A stretch of 64,000 nucleotides of DNA, from NCBI GenBank assembly GCA_965200875.1, contig OZ241456.1:224001-288000 (forward strand). Direction: 5' to 3'. Below the pieces are notes generated by a model, which was given only the letters and a program-made list of their open reading frames with translations, ran no database searches and was not told where the DNA came from. This stretch comes from Bdellovibrionales bacterium (GTDB taxonomy: Bacteria > Bdellovibrionota > Bdellovibrionia > Bdellovibrionales > UBA1609). Position numbers and translations under genes: made by a program. Positions 40,806-51,064 of this stretch are shown piece by piece; position 1 is the first letter of the stretch; every line of letters starts with the position of its first letter.

Positions 40806-42353
40806 ATGCCGGCAAATAAAACTGCGTTAATATCAGTGTTCCTTATATCCCTTGTGCTTTTCCCGGTTTTTGTTTTTTTGTTTAAGCTCTCCTCTTTTCG
40901 TGTTTCTCTGGATTTCCTGTGGATGGAGGTTTTGTTTTCCTCTTTTTTACAAGCAGGTTTAAGCACTTTTTTCTCCATTGGGCTTGGTTTTTTCGGCTCT
41001 CTTGGGTTTTTAGGGTTTGCAGGAAAACAGGTGAGCCTTTTCAAGGTGGAATTGTTTTGTCTTTTGCCCGCCTTGCTTCCTCCTTTAGTTCCTGTGCTGG
41101 CATGGGTAAATGTTTTGGAATTTTTTTTTAAAATTCCTTTTTCTTTTTATTCTGTGTTGTTTGCTCATGTATTGATGAACACAGGTCTTGCTTCCGTGTT
41201 TTTCTTCCGGCTTTTTTGTGCACAAACAGATAATCTTCCCTCTTGGGCTTTTTTGCATGGAGTCTCTTTATGGTCCTTTATGAGAAAAATGTTGTTTTTT
41301 GAATGGAGAAAAGATCTGGTTTTTCTGAGTGTGTTGATATTTTCTTTTTGTTTTACCAGTTTTTCTGTTCCCCTTTTGGTGGGAGGGACTAGTGGCCGGA
41401 CTTTGGAGGTTTTTATTGCAGAAAAACTGAAAGATCCCTCTGCTTGGCCAGAGGCTTTGTTTTTATTTTTTGTGGAAACAATATTTATCTGCCTGTTTTT
41501 TATTTTGCTTTATGGAAGGAAAGAGCAAAGCACTGGTGTAAGGAGGGAAACAAAGCTTTTTTATGGGCCTTCCTCTCAGTCGAATGTCTCAGAAGAGCTG
41601 GTTTTCTTCAGAAGATTCATTGGGTCGAAAAAATTTAAGCTTTTTTTGTTTTTGCCACTCTTGCCGTCCCTGTTGATTTTTTTAGGACTGGGAGATGTTT
41701 TTTCTTCAGACACTCTTTGGCGGGATTTGTTTTCAATTAAAAAAACCATTTTAATATTTTGGGTGCGTACATTATTGGTAGGAATAGGTACTGGCATTTT
41801 TGTTTTTGTATGGCTTTCTGTTGTGGCGTTTTGTCTGCGGGATCTTTTTTTGCGCCGGTTTCTTGTTGCCTACTATGGTTCTTCTGTGGCTTTTATGGGT
41901 TTTGCCTTTTTACTTATAGGCTCAGATGGTCCTTTGGAGCTTTGGTTTAAGGGGTCTTTAGGTTTGAGTTTGCTTTTTTTACCTCCTGTTTGGCGTTTAA
42001 TGGGGGAGTCTTTGTCAAGACGGCTTGGAAATCAGATTCAGCTGGCAGATCTGATGGGAGCGGGTCGAAAAATGAGTTTTTCGAAAATCGTATTTCCTCA
42101 ATCTGTAAATGTATTTTTATTTCTTTCCGGGGTTTCAGCCTTTTGGGCCTCAGGAGATTTTGCTTATTCTTCCATTGTGGCAGGAGAAAAGGCGCACCTA
42201 GCTTTATTGATTCAGGATCTGTTTTCCTCTTATCGTTTTGAGTTGGCGACTGCACTCACCTGGCTCTTGATTTTTACCGGTATGTGTTGTTTTTCTTTAT
42301 TTGTGGGGGTGAGTTTTGTCTTTTATAAAAAATTTAATTTGCCGGCAAGGTGA
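40806..42353 (+). CDS. thiP: Thiamine ABC transporter permease
   Basis: Duplicated permease (QAGLST, AHVLMN, FCFTSF..PLLVGG..TLEV) between thiB and thiQ. Confidence 0.75.
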   Translation: MPANKTALISVFLISLVLFPVFVFLFKLSSFRVSLDFLWMEVLFSSFLQAGLSTFFSIGLGFFGSLGFLGFAGKQVSLFKVELFCLLPALLPPLVPVLAWVNVLEFFFKIPFSFYSVLFAHVLMNTGLASVFFFRLFCAQTDNLPSWAFLHGVSLWSFMRKMLFFEWRKDLVFLSVLIFSFCFTSFSVPLLVGGTSGRTLEVFIAEKLKDPSAWPEALFLFFVETIFICLFFILLYGRKEQSTGVRRETKLFYGPSSQSNVSEELVFFRRFIGSKKFKLFLFLPLLPSLLIFLGLGDVFSSDTLWRDLFSIKKTILIFWVRTLLVGIGTGIFVFVWLSVVAFCLRDLFLRRFLVAYYGSSVAFMGFAFLLIGSDGPLELWFKGSLGLSLLFLPPVWRLMGESLSRRLGNQIQLADLMGAGRKMSFSKIVFPQSVNVFLFLSGVSAFWASGDFAYSSIVAGEKAHLALLIQDLFSSYRFELATALTWLLIFTGMCCFSLFVGVSFVFYKKFNLPAR

Positions 42354-42957
42354 CTTTGAATTGAATATTCCTTTAATGGAATGGCCGGACAAAAAAGTGA
42401 TTGCACTTTCCGGGCCTTCCGGTTCTGGAAAAAGCACTTTGGCTTTGGTACTTTGTGGATTGAAACCAGCAAAAAAAGGTTTTGAGTGGATTTTTAAGGA
42501 TCGTAATTTGGCTTTGCTTTCACCACCAGCTCGGAATATTTCTCTTTTGTTTCAGAGTCTTGAACTTTTTCCCAATATGAATGCAAAACAAAATATTTTA
42601 TTTCCTGCGGAGGCACGAAAGATGTCTAAAGAGGCAATGGAGAAGCGCTTTTTTTTGCTGACAGATAGGTTACAGATTTCTTCTGTTTTAAAGTGTCCAG
42701 TGCAGGTTCTTTCCGGTGGTGAGAGGCAACGGGTGGCTTTGGCCAGGGCTTTGATGGTAAAGCCGGATTTTTTAATCCTAGATGAGCCTTTTTCCTCCCT
42801 AGACGATTCCCTTAAAAAAGAGGCTGGTTTTTTGGTTCAGGAAATTTTAGAGGCGGAAAAACTACCGACGCTTTTAATTTCCCATAGCAAAGAAGAAATA
42901 AAGGCTTTGGCTCATCAGGTGTTTTTTATTCGAAACGGGAGGTTGGTGTCTGATTAA
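42316..42957 (+). CDS. thiQ: ABC transporter ATP-binding protein (ThiQ-like)
   Basis: GPSGSGKST, LSGGERQRVALARA, LDEPFSSLD. Confidence 0.75.
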   Translation: MSFIKNLICRQGDFELNIPLMEWPDKKVIALSGPSGSGKSTLALVLCGLKPAKKGFEWIFKDRNLALLSPPARNISLLFQSLELFPNMNAKQNILFPAEARKMSKEAMEKRFFLLTDRLQISSVLKCPVQVLSGGERQRVALARALMVKPDFLILDEPFSSLDDSLKKEAGFLVQEILEAEKLPTLLISHSKEEIKALAHQVFFIRNGRLVSD

Positions 42958-43010
42958 GGTTGATAACAGAGGCTTGATATGGTCAAAACAGACTGGAGTC
43001 TGGATTTTAA

Positions 43011-45140
43011 GTGATGTCTGATTTTAAAAGAAAAGTTTTGCTTTTTCCTCAGGGAAAAAAACCTCCTCGTTATTTTGTGCGTATTAAGAGCCGGCAGGGT
43101 CAGGAGCTTAAGCTGGCTGATCCTCGCATAACCCGTGTGGCTTTGGCTTTAATGGATATGCAGGCTTTCTTGGGAGGTGCGGCCAGTCACTGGGGAGGGC
43201 CTTCGGCTTTTGTGGAGGTGGTGTCAGCACTTTATGGCTTGGTTTTTCATTATGCCAATCAGGAAAATCGTCCCTGGTATGATTTGTTTCATTTAATAAA
43301 CGATGCCGGCCACTGTGAAAACGGACTCTATGCCCTGAAAGCCAACTATAATATGGCAGGCCTAGATTTTTCAGACTTAAAAGGTTTTAGATCTCTCCAA
43401 AGTCCTTTGACCGGACATGGGGAAGCGCATCTTTTCCCGGAAGGGGTGTATTTGAGCAATGGCCCCTTAGGGTCCACTTTGGCCCAAGCCCAAGGGCTTT
43501 GCCTAGCAGACAGGTTAATGGGGCTTAAGCGATCCACGATTGTTTTAATGTCAGACGGAGCTTGTATGGAAGGCGAGGCCAAGGAGGCTTTTTCTTCTAT
43601 CCCCGGATTTTTTCAGAAAATGAACCCGTTTATTGTAATCGTAAGTGATAACAACACCAAATTGAGTGGGCGCATTGATAAAGACAGTTTTTCCTTAAAT
43701 CCTTTTTTTAAATCTTTGGAGCTTTTAGGTTGGGAGTATAGGGAAATTAAGGCTGGTCATAATTTGCAGGTTTGTGTGGATACACTGGAGGATCTGTTGT
43801 GCAGGTTTTGTTTTCCTTTAAGCTCAAAAACCCCCTTGGAGGAAGCTCAATCTGTTTCGAAGATGAATAAAAAACCGCTTTTTATTCGTGTGAAAACTGT
43901 AAAGGGCTACGGGGTACGGGAAACAGAAGAGGCAGAGCATGGAGGGCATGGATTTCCTCTTAAGAGTGCCGAACGATTGCGGGAATTTTTGGAGGAAACT
44001 TATGGAGGAGAGGATATCCCGGATGAATTTATCCAGTGGGCAAAGGATTTAAAAAGCCAAAGGAATAAAAAAGATCTTAAACCATCTTCTGTTTTCCCAA
44101 AGGATCGTGTGGAAGTTTCTTCAGCCTTTCTTTCTGTAAGATCTTTTTTGGATCAAAAAAAAGTAAAAGCTCAGGAAGGTATTGGTCGCGCTCTTATTCA
44201 TGCGCGTAAAAAGCAAGGTTTGCCTGTGGTATCCATAAGCTCCGATTTGCAAGGTTCCACAGGGACACTTCCGTTTCGAAAAAAATTTCCCGACTTTTCT
44301 TTTGATATGGGAGTGGCCGAGGCCAATATGATATCCACCGCTGCGGGTTTTTCCAAGCAGGGTTTTTTTCCTGTGGTGGATACTTTTACACAATTTGGAG
44401 TCACCAAGGGTGCACTTCCTTTGTTTATGGCCAATCTTTCTCAAGCACCTTTGATTGCTGTTTTTTCTCATGCGGGGCTTCAGGATGCAGCAGATGGTGC
44501 CTCTCATCAGTGTTTGACTTATTTAAGTCAGACTTGCGCTCTTCCCATGACGGATGTGTATAGTGTGAGTTCAAGCCGGGAGGCTTTTTCTTTGATGACT
44601 CAGGCTTTGGAGTCTTTTGCTTTGGCTTATCAAAAAGGCAAAATTCCCAGGACAAAGATTTTCTTCTTAGGAAGAGAGACTTTTGCTCCTTCCTATTTGC
44701 CGGAAGAATATGCCTATAAGCTTGGAAAAGCACAAGTGGTTTATTCAGAATTAAAAAACCGCGGAAAAGGAATCACTCTTTTAGCTTTAGGGCCTTTGTT
44801 GGAGCAGGCTTTAAGAGCGGGTTTCCTGTTGATGGAAAAAGGGTGGAAAGTGATGGTGGTAAACGCTTCCATTATTAACCGCCCGGATATGGATACTCTT
44901 GTTTACTGTTTACAAAACACAGATTTTCGTTTGCTTACAGTGGAAGATCATCGCCTGCTAGGAGGTATGGGATCTTTGGTGGCGCATGAGTTGGCTCTCA
45001 AAGGAATTAAAGGGGATATGCTCTCCCTTGGAGTAAAAAGTGATTTTGGCCGAAGTGCTTATAAATCCCATGAGCTTTATAAAAAGGAAAAACTTATGGC
45101 AGAAGACATTTTGGAGGCTGTTATCTCTAAGTGGTCTTAG
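43011..45140 (+). CDS. Transketolase-family TPP-dependent enzyme
   Basis: SHWGG, DAGH, LTGHGE, GPLG, SDGACMEG..N TPP motif, GVAEANM, DGASHQ, VEDH. Confidence 0.85.
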   Translation: MMSDFKRKVLLFPQGKKPPRYFVRIKSRQGQELKLADPRITRVALALMDMQAFLGGAASHWGGPSAFVEVVSALYGLVFHYANQENRPWYDLFHLINDAGHCENGLYALKANYNMAGLDFSDLKGFRSLQSPLTGHGEAHLFPEGVYLSNGPLGSTLAQAQGLCLADRLMGLKRSTIVLMSDGACMEGEAKEAFSSIPGFFQKMNPFIVIVSDNNTKLSGRIDKDSFSLNPFFKSLELLGWEYREIKAGHNLQVCVDTLEDLLCRFCFPLSSKTPLEEAQSVSKMNKKPLFIRVKTVKGYGVRETEEAEHGGHGFPLKSAERLREFLEETYGGEDIPDEFIQWAKDLKSQRNKKDLKPSSVFPKDRVEVSSAFLSVRSFLDQKKVKAQEGIGRALIHARKKQGLPVVSISSDLQGSTGTLPFRKKFPDFSFDMGVAEANMISTAAGFSKQGFFPVVDTFTQFGVTKGALPLFMANLSQAPLIAVFSHAGLQDAADGASHQCLTYLSQTCALPMTDVYSVSSSREAFSLMTQALESFALAYQKGKIPRTKIFFLGRETFAPSYLPEEYAYKLGKAQVVYSELKNRGKGITLLALGPLLEQALRAGFLLMEKGWKVMVVNASIINRPDMDTLVYCLQNTDFRLLTVEDHRLLGGMGSLVAHELALKGIKGDMLSLGVKSDFGRSAYKSHELYKKEKLMAEDILEAVISKWS

Positions 45141-45361
45141 TGTTTTTCGGAAGAGTCTTTTTCAGGTTCTAAGGGATCAGGAGTGGCCGAGGATTTCACG
45201 GTGTTATTTTTTTTGGTTGTGTCTGATTTTCCTTCCAGACCTTTTTTAAAGTCTCTTAAACCTTCTCCTAAGGCTTTTCCAAATTCCCGGATTCTTTTAT
45301 GTCCGAAAAGCAAAAGTAAAATAACCAAGACTATTAAAATCTGTGGGATGGATGGGTACAT
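45137..45361 (-). CDS. tatA: Twin-arginine translocase TatA/E
   Basis: TM + FG hinge + amphipathic GKALGEGLRDFKK. Confidence 0.9.
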   Translation of the reverse strand: MYPSIPQILIVLVILLLLFGHKRIREFGKALGEGLRDFKKGLEGKSDTTKKNNTVKSSATPDPLEPEKDSSEKH

Positions 45362-45520
45362 GACGGATTCCCCCTTTTGTCTAGAAGACTTTTTTTATTT
45401 CTACCAAGTATGGTTTAACAAGTTATAAATATAACAAAATAAGCTCTTTGAGCAATATTTTTTTAAGAATCCTAGTTAAATCAAGGTATTTTTGACGAGA
45501 TTCACTGTCTAAATCAAGGC

Positions 45521-46474
45521 TTATAAGTCGAATTTCAGATTTCCATCATTCCAGATTGTTGAAAGTCTTTCGCAGGCGGGATCCGTCCAATCATCAGAAT
45601 TATCTGTAATCTCAAGCCCTCCTTCTGCATAATCCGCTTCGATAAAGCTTTCCACTTCTTCAAGCATCAATTCCCCGGCAATGTTTTTCCTCAAGTCCTG
45701 ACCTCCTTTTTTTGCGACATACTTTCCGGCAGAATAAGAACCTGTGAGATGACAATAAACGGCCAACACACAAGCCGGATAAGTGTAATTACTTTGGTAA
45801 GAATAGTAGGCAGGTATTGGGTGATTAATATGATAATCACAAAGATGACCAGCCACTATTTGCTTATGCGTGTAAGACATTAATGTCATATTGTCTTTTT
45901 GGTTTGTGACTTCAAACAGATGTTTTTTTTTCTCCGTAACAGGTTCTTTAAGACCTGATAAAAGAGCATTATCATCCCATAGAGTTGTTCGGGCATTTTG
46001 TCGCAGTAAAGCCATTAAAATCAAACGAATGGGATTTTGATTTACGCGATACGAAAATACATCCTGTTCGGGATGAGAGGCCAGCCAAAAGAGGACTGCC
46101 TGTGCCTCGCGCCTAGAATATTTATTAATTCTTACCAGCCAGGATTTTTCGGAAATAGTGAGAACAGATTGTAGGGTATTTAAATTGATATTTACCAGAT
46201 TATCTTCATTTGGTTTTTTAAAAACTTTTGTTATAAGTGTGTGCATTTTTTCAACAAGGTCGGCAAATTCCTTAAAACATTTTTCTTTGTTTTCCCATTC
46301 CAAGAAAAGCTCTTCACATTTTTGCTTGCAGTTTTTGTGTTGATTACAACACTTATCTCCTTGGCAGGATAATAATTTTTGTGTCACCTTGTAGGTTTTT
46401 TTCAAAGAGCTTACTTTCTCTTTGACATTACAACTCAGTAAAAAAAACAAACTTATAAATATAAAACTTTTCAT
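45521..46474 (-). CDS. Cys-rich lipoprotein, paralog A
   Basis: Lipobox LLS-C; CQGDKCCN, ACVLAVYC, EGGL, WTDPAC. Confidence 0.8.
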   Translation of the reverse strand: MKSFIFISLFFLLSCNVKEKVSSLKKTYKVTQKLLSCQGDKCCNQHKNCKQKCEELFLEWENKEKCFKEFADLVEKMHTLITKVFKKPNEDNLVNINLNTLQSVLTISEKSWLVRINKYSRREAQAVLFWLASHPEQDVFSYRVNQNPIRLILMALLRQNARTTLWDDNALLSGLKEPVTEKKKHLFEVTNQKDNMTLMSYTHKQIVAGHLCDYHINHPIPAYYSYQSNYTYPACVLAVYCHLTGSYSAGKYVAKKGGQDLRKNIAGELMLEEVESFIEADYAEGGLEITDNSDDWTDPACERLSTIWNDGNLKFDL

Positions 46475-46542
46475 TTCTTCTCATTTTTTCAAGATGGATA
46501 GGAGGGGCGGGAATCCTCCACTTTTTTTATGAACCGGGATGG

Positions 46543-47589
46543 TTATAAACCTAGTTGGATCTGGCCATTATCCCAAAAATGCTGTAAATTACTACAAGCC
46601 TTATCTGTCCATCTTTCCACATCATTAGCGGGTATAGCCTGATGACCACTTCCGGTTAACCCTCCCTCACTTGCTGGGGTTTTTATGAAGTTGATCATAT
46701 TGTTGTTATTTGTCATCCGGGCTATATCTTTCCTGAAATCACTGTTTTGTGTGTTATTCACTGGTGGAGCTATTTTGCAATAAACAGCCAGCACACAAGC
46801 TTGTTTCCTAAAGTCATTGGCTTTTTGCCGATCGGGAGAATGGGAGGAGGGAGTAGGATGGTTTTTCTCAGAGCATAAGCCATCGTCACTGGTTATGATT
46901 TCTTGGTGAATATACTGAATAAAGCTTTTATTTTTATTTGTATTGGCTGTAAGAAGAGTATTGTTTAGGCTGTCACCGACATTCATTTCAAGGCCGTTTA
47001 AAATGCCCTGATCGCCACCTGTCTGAGTGGCTTTTTGAAAAAGCGTTTTAATCATCTCGCGTCCGTCTTTGTTTTTTGTATTTTCAAATATTTCTATTGT
47101 GGGAAGGGTTTCGATTATCCAACTCAATGCCCATTCCGCCTGCTCTTTAGAATAATTATCCACTCGGGTTTTTAAAAGATTGGATCCCCATTCTTTAACT
47201 GTGCCACATATTAAACCTATATCCACTTCATCTAAATTGTTCAGGCTCTCCAAAGTGGGCTTTTGTAACACTTCTGTAAATATACTCACCAGATTTGCCA
47301 CTGTATCTTTGCTCAAAGCCAGACATTTGTTGCCCAAATCTCCGCTTAAGCTCAGATAATCACTGCCGGTACATCCGTCATCACAGTTTGAATTTTCCTG
47401 ATTACAACAGCTCTCCCCTTCACAGACTGGTAGAGTACAATTCAATACCCATTCTGTGTCGGCTTTATCATCATCTCCGTTTCCGGTTGCTGCGGGTGGA
47501 TCAGGAGGAGGAGGGGCTTCTTCTTTGGGGGAGCAGGTAAGGATGAATAAGGCAATTAAAAACAAAGATTTTGCTAAAAAAAAATTCAC
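46543..47589 (-). CDS. Cys-rich lipoprotein, paralog B
   Basis: Lipobox ILT-C; CEGESCCN, ACVLAVYC, EGGL, WTDKAC. Confidence 0.8.
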   Translation of the reverse strand: MNFFLAKSLFLIALFILTCSPKEEAPPPPDPPAATGNGDDDKADTEWVLNCTLPVCEGESCCNQENSNCDDGCTGSDYLSLSGDLGNKCLALSKDTVANLVSIFTEVLQKPTLESLNNLDEVDIGLICGTVKEWGSNLLKTRVDNYSKEQAEWALSWIIETLPTIEIFENTKNKDGREMIKTLFQKATQTGGDQGILNGLEMNVGDSLNNTLLTANTNKNKSFIQYIHQEIITSDDGLCSEKNHPTPSSHSPDRQKANDFRKQACVLAVYCKIAPPVNNTQNSDFRKDIARMTNNNNMINFIKTPASEGGLTGSGHQAIPANDVERWTDKACSNLQHFWDNGQIQLGL

Positions 47590-47679
47590 TTTGTGTTTTT
47601 TCCTCTTTCAAAGTTTTGAGCTTGCTCTATGAAGGCTTTGCCGTTGGCTGGTTTTTTATATCAGGACTTTGCAAAAGAG

Positions 47680-48885
47680 TCAAGTTTTCCCTTGATGAGG
47701 AGTATTTCCATAATTTTGCTGACTTAAGGTGTTCCATTCTTTCAGATAGAAATGAATATCCGGTGGAGGCTGAATATCTTTTTCATCAGGTTCAATATAA
47801 GTGGCTGTCATTCCATCAAAGCCTTTAAAAGTTTTAGAATGACTTTTTTTCCCGATTTGGCTTTCAGGAACCAGTTCCACCTTTCCTCCTCCTCCTGGTA
47901 AATCCACTGCCAGTCGGGGGACGGCCAGGCCGGATAAAATTCCCCATAATTGTTTTTGGATCCATTTGGAGTTTTTGATGGAGGTGCGTAAGTGATCTGT
48001 TCCCAAGGAGGGATCGCACTGAAACATGTAATAAGGTCTGGCTCTTAAGAAAAGAAGCCGGCGGGAAAGTGCCTGCACCATTGCGGGGTGATTATTAACG
48101 GAGTTGATAAGAACCATCTGATTATAAACAGGAATCCCCTGATCGGCCAAAATATTTAAAGCCCCTGCGGACTCTAAAGTGATTTCTGCCGGATGATTAA
48201 AATGACTCATTATAAAAACCGGCTGATATTTTTTTATCATATTTGCAAAAGCTTTTGAAAAACGCATAGGGCAAACTGCCGGCATTCGTGAACCAATTCG
48301 TATAATTTCAATATGTTCTGTAGATCTTAAATCCTTCAAAATTTTTTCTAACAGAGGATCTGCCAAGGTAAGAGGATCCCCACCGGAAAGAATCACCTCT
48401 CTGATACCTGGATTTTTTTTTATATACTCTAGGGACTTTTCATATTCTTCTTTTTGTATGATGCTTTTTTCCACAGCCGTAAATCTTTTTCTTGTGCAAT
48501 ATCGGCAGTAAATAGGACATAAATCCGTTACTAAAAAAACCACGCGATCTGGATAGCGATGAATAATATGTTTTTCAGGGCTGTGATGTTCTTCTCCCAG
48601 AGGATCTTTCAGAGCTTGTTTGCCGTTTGCTTTTTCTTGAACACGAGGTGTAATAATCTTTCTGAGTGTAGGGTGGGTCCTAGCCAGCTGAGCATAATAA
48701 GGAGTGCTTTGGGTAGAAAAATCATTTTCGGGAGTAAAGCCTTTTTGTTCCTCTAGAGTCAGGGGAAAATATTTTTCATACTCTTCTTTTGTTTTTAGGG
48801 AAGAGCGGATTTGCCATTTCCAGTTAAACCATTCTTCTTGGTTTACTCTTTCTGGAATTTTTACGGACTCAAAATGAAATTTCAT
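47680..48885 (-). CDS. KamA-family radical SAM enzyme (lysine 2,3-aminomutase-like)
   Basis: W.WQ, DPLGEE, HRYPDR, CPIYCRYCTR, SGGDPL, HFNHP.E, PYY, DLPGGGGK. Confidence 0.9.
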   Translation of the reverse strand: MKFHFESVKIPERVNQEEWFNWKWQIRSSLKTKEEYEKYFPLTLEEQKGFTPENDFSTQSTPYYAQLARTHPTLRKIITPRVQEKANGKQALKDPLGEEHHSPEKHIIHRYPDRVVFLVTDLCPIYCRYCTRKRFTAVEKSIIQKEEYEKSLEYIKKNPGIREVILSGGDPLTLADPLLEKILKDLRSTEHIEIIRIGSRMPAVCPMRFSKAFANMIKKYQPVFIMSHFNHPAEITLESAGALNILADQGIPVYNQMVLINSVNNHPAMVQALSRRLLFLRARPYYMFQCDPSLGTDHLRTSIKNSKWIQKQLWGILSGLAVPRLAVDLPGGGGKVELVPESQIGKKSHSKTFKGFDGMTATYIEPDEKDIQPPPDIHFYLKEWNTLSQQNYGNTPHQGKT

Positions 48886-48896
48886 AGCTTGTTTTT

Positions 48897-51053
48897 TTAT
48901 AAGGAAAAGTGAGCGTATTTGGCAATAAATTTTTTTACTTTTTGATTTTTAAAAATAACACTTATTCTCAAGTCGTCTCCACTTCCCTCTATTTTTTGAA
49001 TTTTCCCGGTGCCAAAGTGCGGATGGCATACAGTTTGCCCCTCTTTGTATTTTGAATGATGTCTTTTTTTGTTTTTCCGGGAAAACCATCTGGTTTTTTT
49101 GCCAAAAGGTATTACTTGGATAAACTCTTCTGGGATTTCTTGTAAAAATTGGCTGGCCTGATTATATTGGGTTTTTCCAAATTTATTTCTTTTGATCGCA
49201 TAAGAAAGATGCAGTTTTTTTTTCGCTCTGGTCATGCCCACATAAGCGAGTCGTCTTTCTTCTTCTAGGTTATGCTCATCTGTATTTTGAAAAAGAGGAA
49301 ATAACCCTTCCTCTAAACCTGTTATGAATACGGTGTTAAACTCCAGACCTTTTGAGACATGAAGGGTCATTAATGTAATACCAGATGATTCTTTTGAGGC
49401 AGGATCAGCCGGCGCGAGTAAAGCTGTTTCTTCTAAAAACTCTTCCAGAGAGTTGGTTGTATTTTCTCTGTTGAATTGGCTTATGACATTGCCTAATTCC
49501 TGTAAATTCTCCAGACGACTGATGGATTCAATGGAGTTTTCATTTTTTAAATTTCTTTCGTAGCCGGTTTTTTCCAGAATTTCTTTGTAAAAATCAGGGA
49601 GAGACAAAGTGTTTTTCAGGTTGTTTAAATATTCCATTGTTTGTATAAATTCCAGGATGCCGGCACGGGCCGTTCCTTTTATCTGGTTTGTTTCAGAAAA
49701 GTACTTCATGGTTTCGTAAAAACTTTTTTGGGTCCGCTGACTTTCTTCTGAAAGAAGATGTATCGTATTGTTTCCAATCCCTCTTTTTGGGCTGTTCAAT
49801 ATTCTTTTTAAAGATACCTCATCTTGGGGATTGGCAATAAATTTTAAATAAGAAAGAATATCTTTTATTTCCCGCCGATCATAAAATTTTAAGTTTCCCA
49901 CTATTTTATAAGGTATGTTTCGACTCCTTAGGGAATCTTCCAATACCCGGGATTGGGCATTTGTTCTATAAAAAACAGCAAAATCCTCGTAGGAGTAGCC
50001 TTGATCCCGGCAATAAGAGGTAATAATATTTGCGATGAGGTAAGCCTCTTTATATTCGTCTTCCAGTTCATACAGCTGAATGAGATCTCCGGTGGGGTTT
50101 TTTGTAAAAAGATTTTTTTTCTGCCTTAAACTGTTGTGGCTGATGAGGGCACCAGCTGCGGAAATAATATTTCCTGTTGAGCGGTAATTTTGTTCCAGTT
50201 TTACGATTTCGCATTCGGGAAAATCCCGATCAAAATTCAAGATATTGGAGATATCTGCTCCTCGCCAAGAGTAGATGGATTGATCTTCGTCTCCCACAAC
50301 ACAAATGTTTCTGTGTTTTTCCGCTAGGGTTTTTATAATCAGATATTGAATGTGATTGGTATCCTGATACTCATCCACAGAAATATATCGGAATTGATCA
50401 CGGTATTTTTCTAAAAGCTCCGGGAATTTCAGGAATAACTTGTAAGTTTCCAGCAGTAGCCCTTCAAAATCGAAAGCCCCTGCGGAATACAGTTCTTTTT
50501 GATAATGAAAATACAGTTCTTGAAAGCGATTTCCATAAGCCGGAAAATTGGTTTTGTCAATATCCTCCGGATCCATCCCTTGACGCTTAGCGAGAGCAAT
50601 CTGGGCAGAAAAGGTTTTGGGGTTATGCACTTTTTCATTTATGTTTAAGTCTTTCATAATTTTTTTTACTAGGGAAAGTTGGTCTTTATTGTCATAAATG
50701 GTGAAAATGGATTGGTTGGTGATGAGTTTTTTGTGTTCTTTTAAAATCCTAGCGCAAAGGGCGTGAAAGGTGCTGATCCACATTCTTCCTTTAAGAGGTA
50801 TGTTTAAATCTTTAATAAGATCATGCACTCTTTCCTGCATTTCCCGGGAGGCTTTGTTTGTGAAAGTGACCGCTAAAATCTGGTGAGGAAGAGCTTTTTT
50901 TTGCTTGATGATATGGGCAATGCGATGGGTGAGTACACGGGTTTTTCCTGATCCGGCCCCTGCGGACACCAATAACGGACCATCTAAGATTTTTGTCGCG
51001 GAAAGCTGGCCCGGGTTAAAAGTGTGTAGGGTTTTTTCAAGGGTTGAAGACAT
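48897..51053 (-). CDS. UvrD/PcrA DNA helicase
   Basis: AGAGSGKT, DEYQDTN, VGDEDQSIY.WRGA, LEQNYRS, KGLEF, EERRLAYV; C-terminal V.HP.FG.G domain. Confidence 0.95.
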   Translation of the reverse strand: MSSTLEKTLHTFNPGQLSATKILDGPLLVSAGAGSGKTRVLTHRIAHIIKQKKALPHQILAVTFTNKASREMQERVHDLIKDLNIPLKGRMWISTFHALCARILKEHKKLITNQSIFTIYDNKDQLSLVKKIMKDLNINEKVHNPKTFSAQIALAKRQGMDPEDIDKTNFPAYGNRFQELYFHYQKELYSAGAFDFEGLLLETYKLFLKFPELLEKYRDQFRYISVDEYQDTNHIQYLIIKTLAEKHRNICVVGDEDQSIYSWRGADISNILNFDRDFPECEIVKLEQNYRSTGNIISAAGALISHNSLRQKKNLFTKNPTGDLIQLYELEDEYKEAYLIANIITSYCRDQGYSYEDFAVFYRTNAQSRVLEDSLRSRNIPYKIVGNLKFYDRREIKDILSYLKFIANPQDEVSLKRILNSPKRGIGNNTIHLLSEESQRTQKSFYETMKYFSETNQIKGTARAGILEFIQTMEYLNNLKNTLSLPDFYKEILEKTGYERNLKNENSIESISRLENLQELGNVISQFNRENTTNSLEEFLEETALLAPADPASKESSGITLMTLHVSKGLEFNTVFITGLEEGLFPLFQNTDEHNLEEERRLAYVGMTRAKKKLHLSYAIKRNKFGKTQYNQASQFLQEIPEEFIQVIPFGKKTRWFSRKNKKRHHSKYKEGQTVCHPHFGTGKIQKIEGSGDDLRISVIFKNQKVKKFIAKYAHFSL

Positions 51054-51064
51054 AGTTTTACCAT

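Noticed and set aside
47680..48885. EpmB (EF-P modification) assignment
   Set aside because: No efp or epmA nearby; length and DLPGGGGK motif fit the KamA type better
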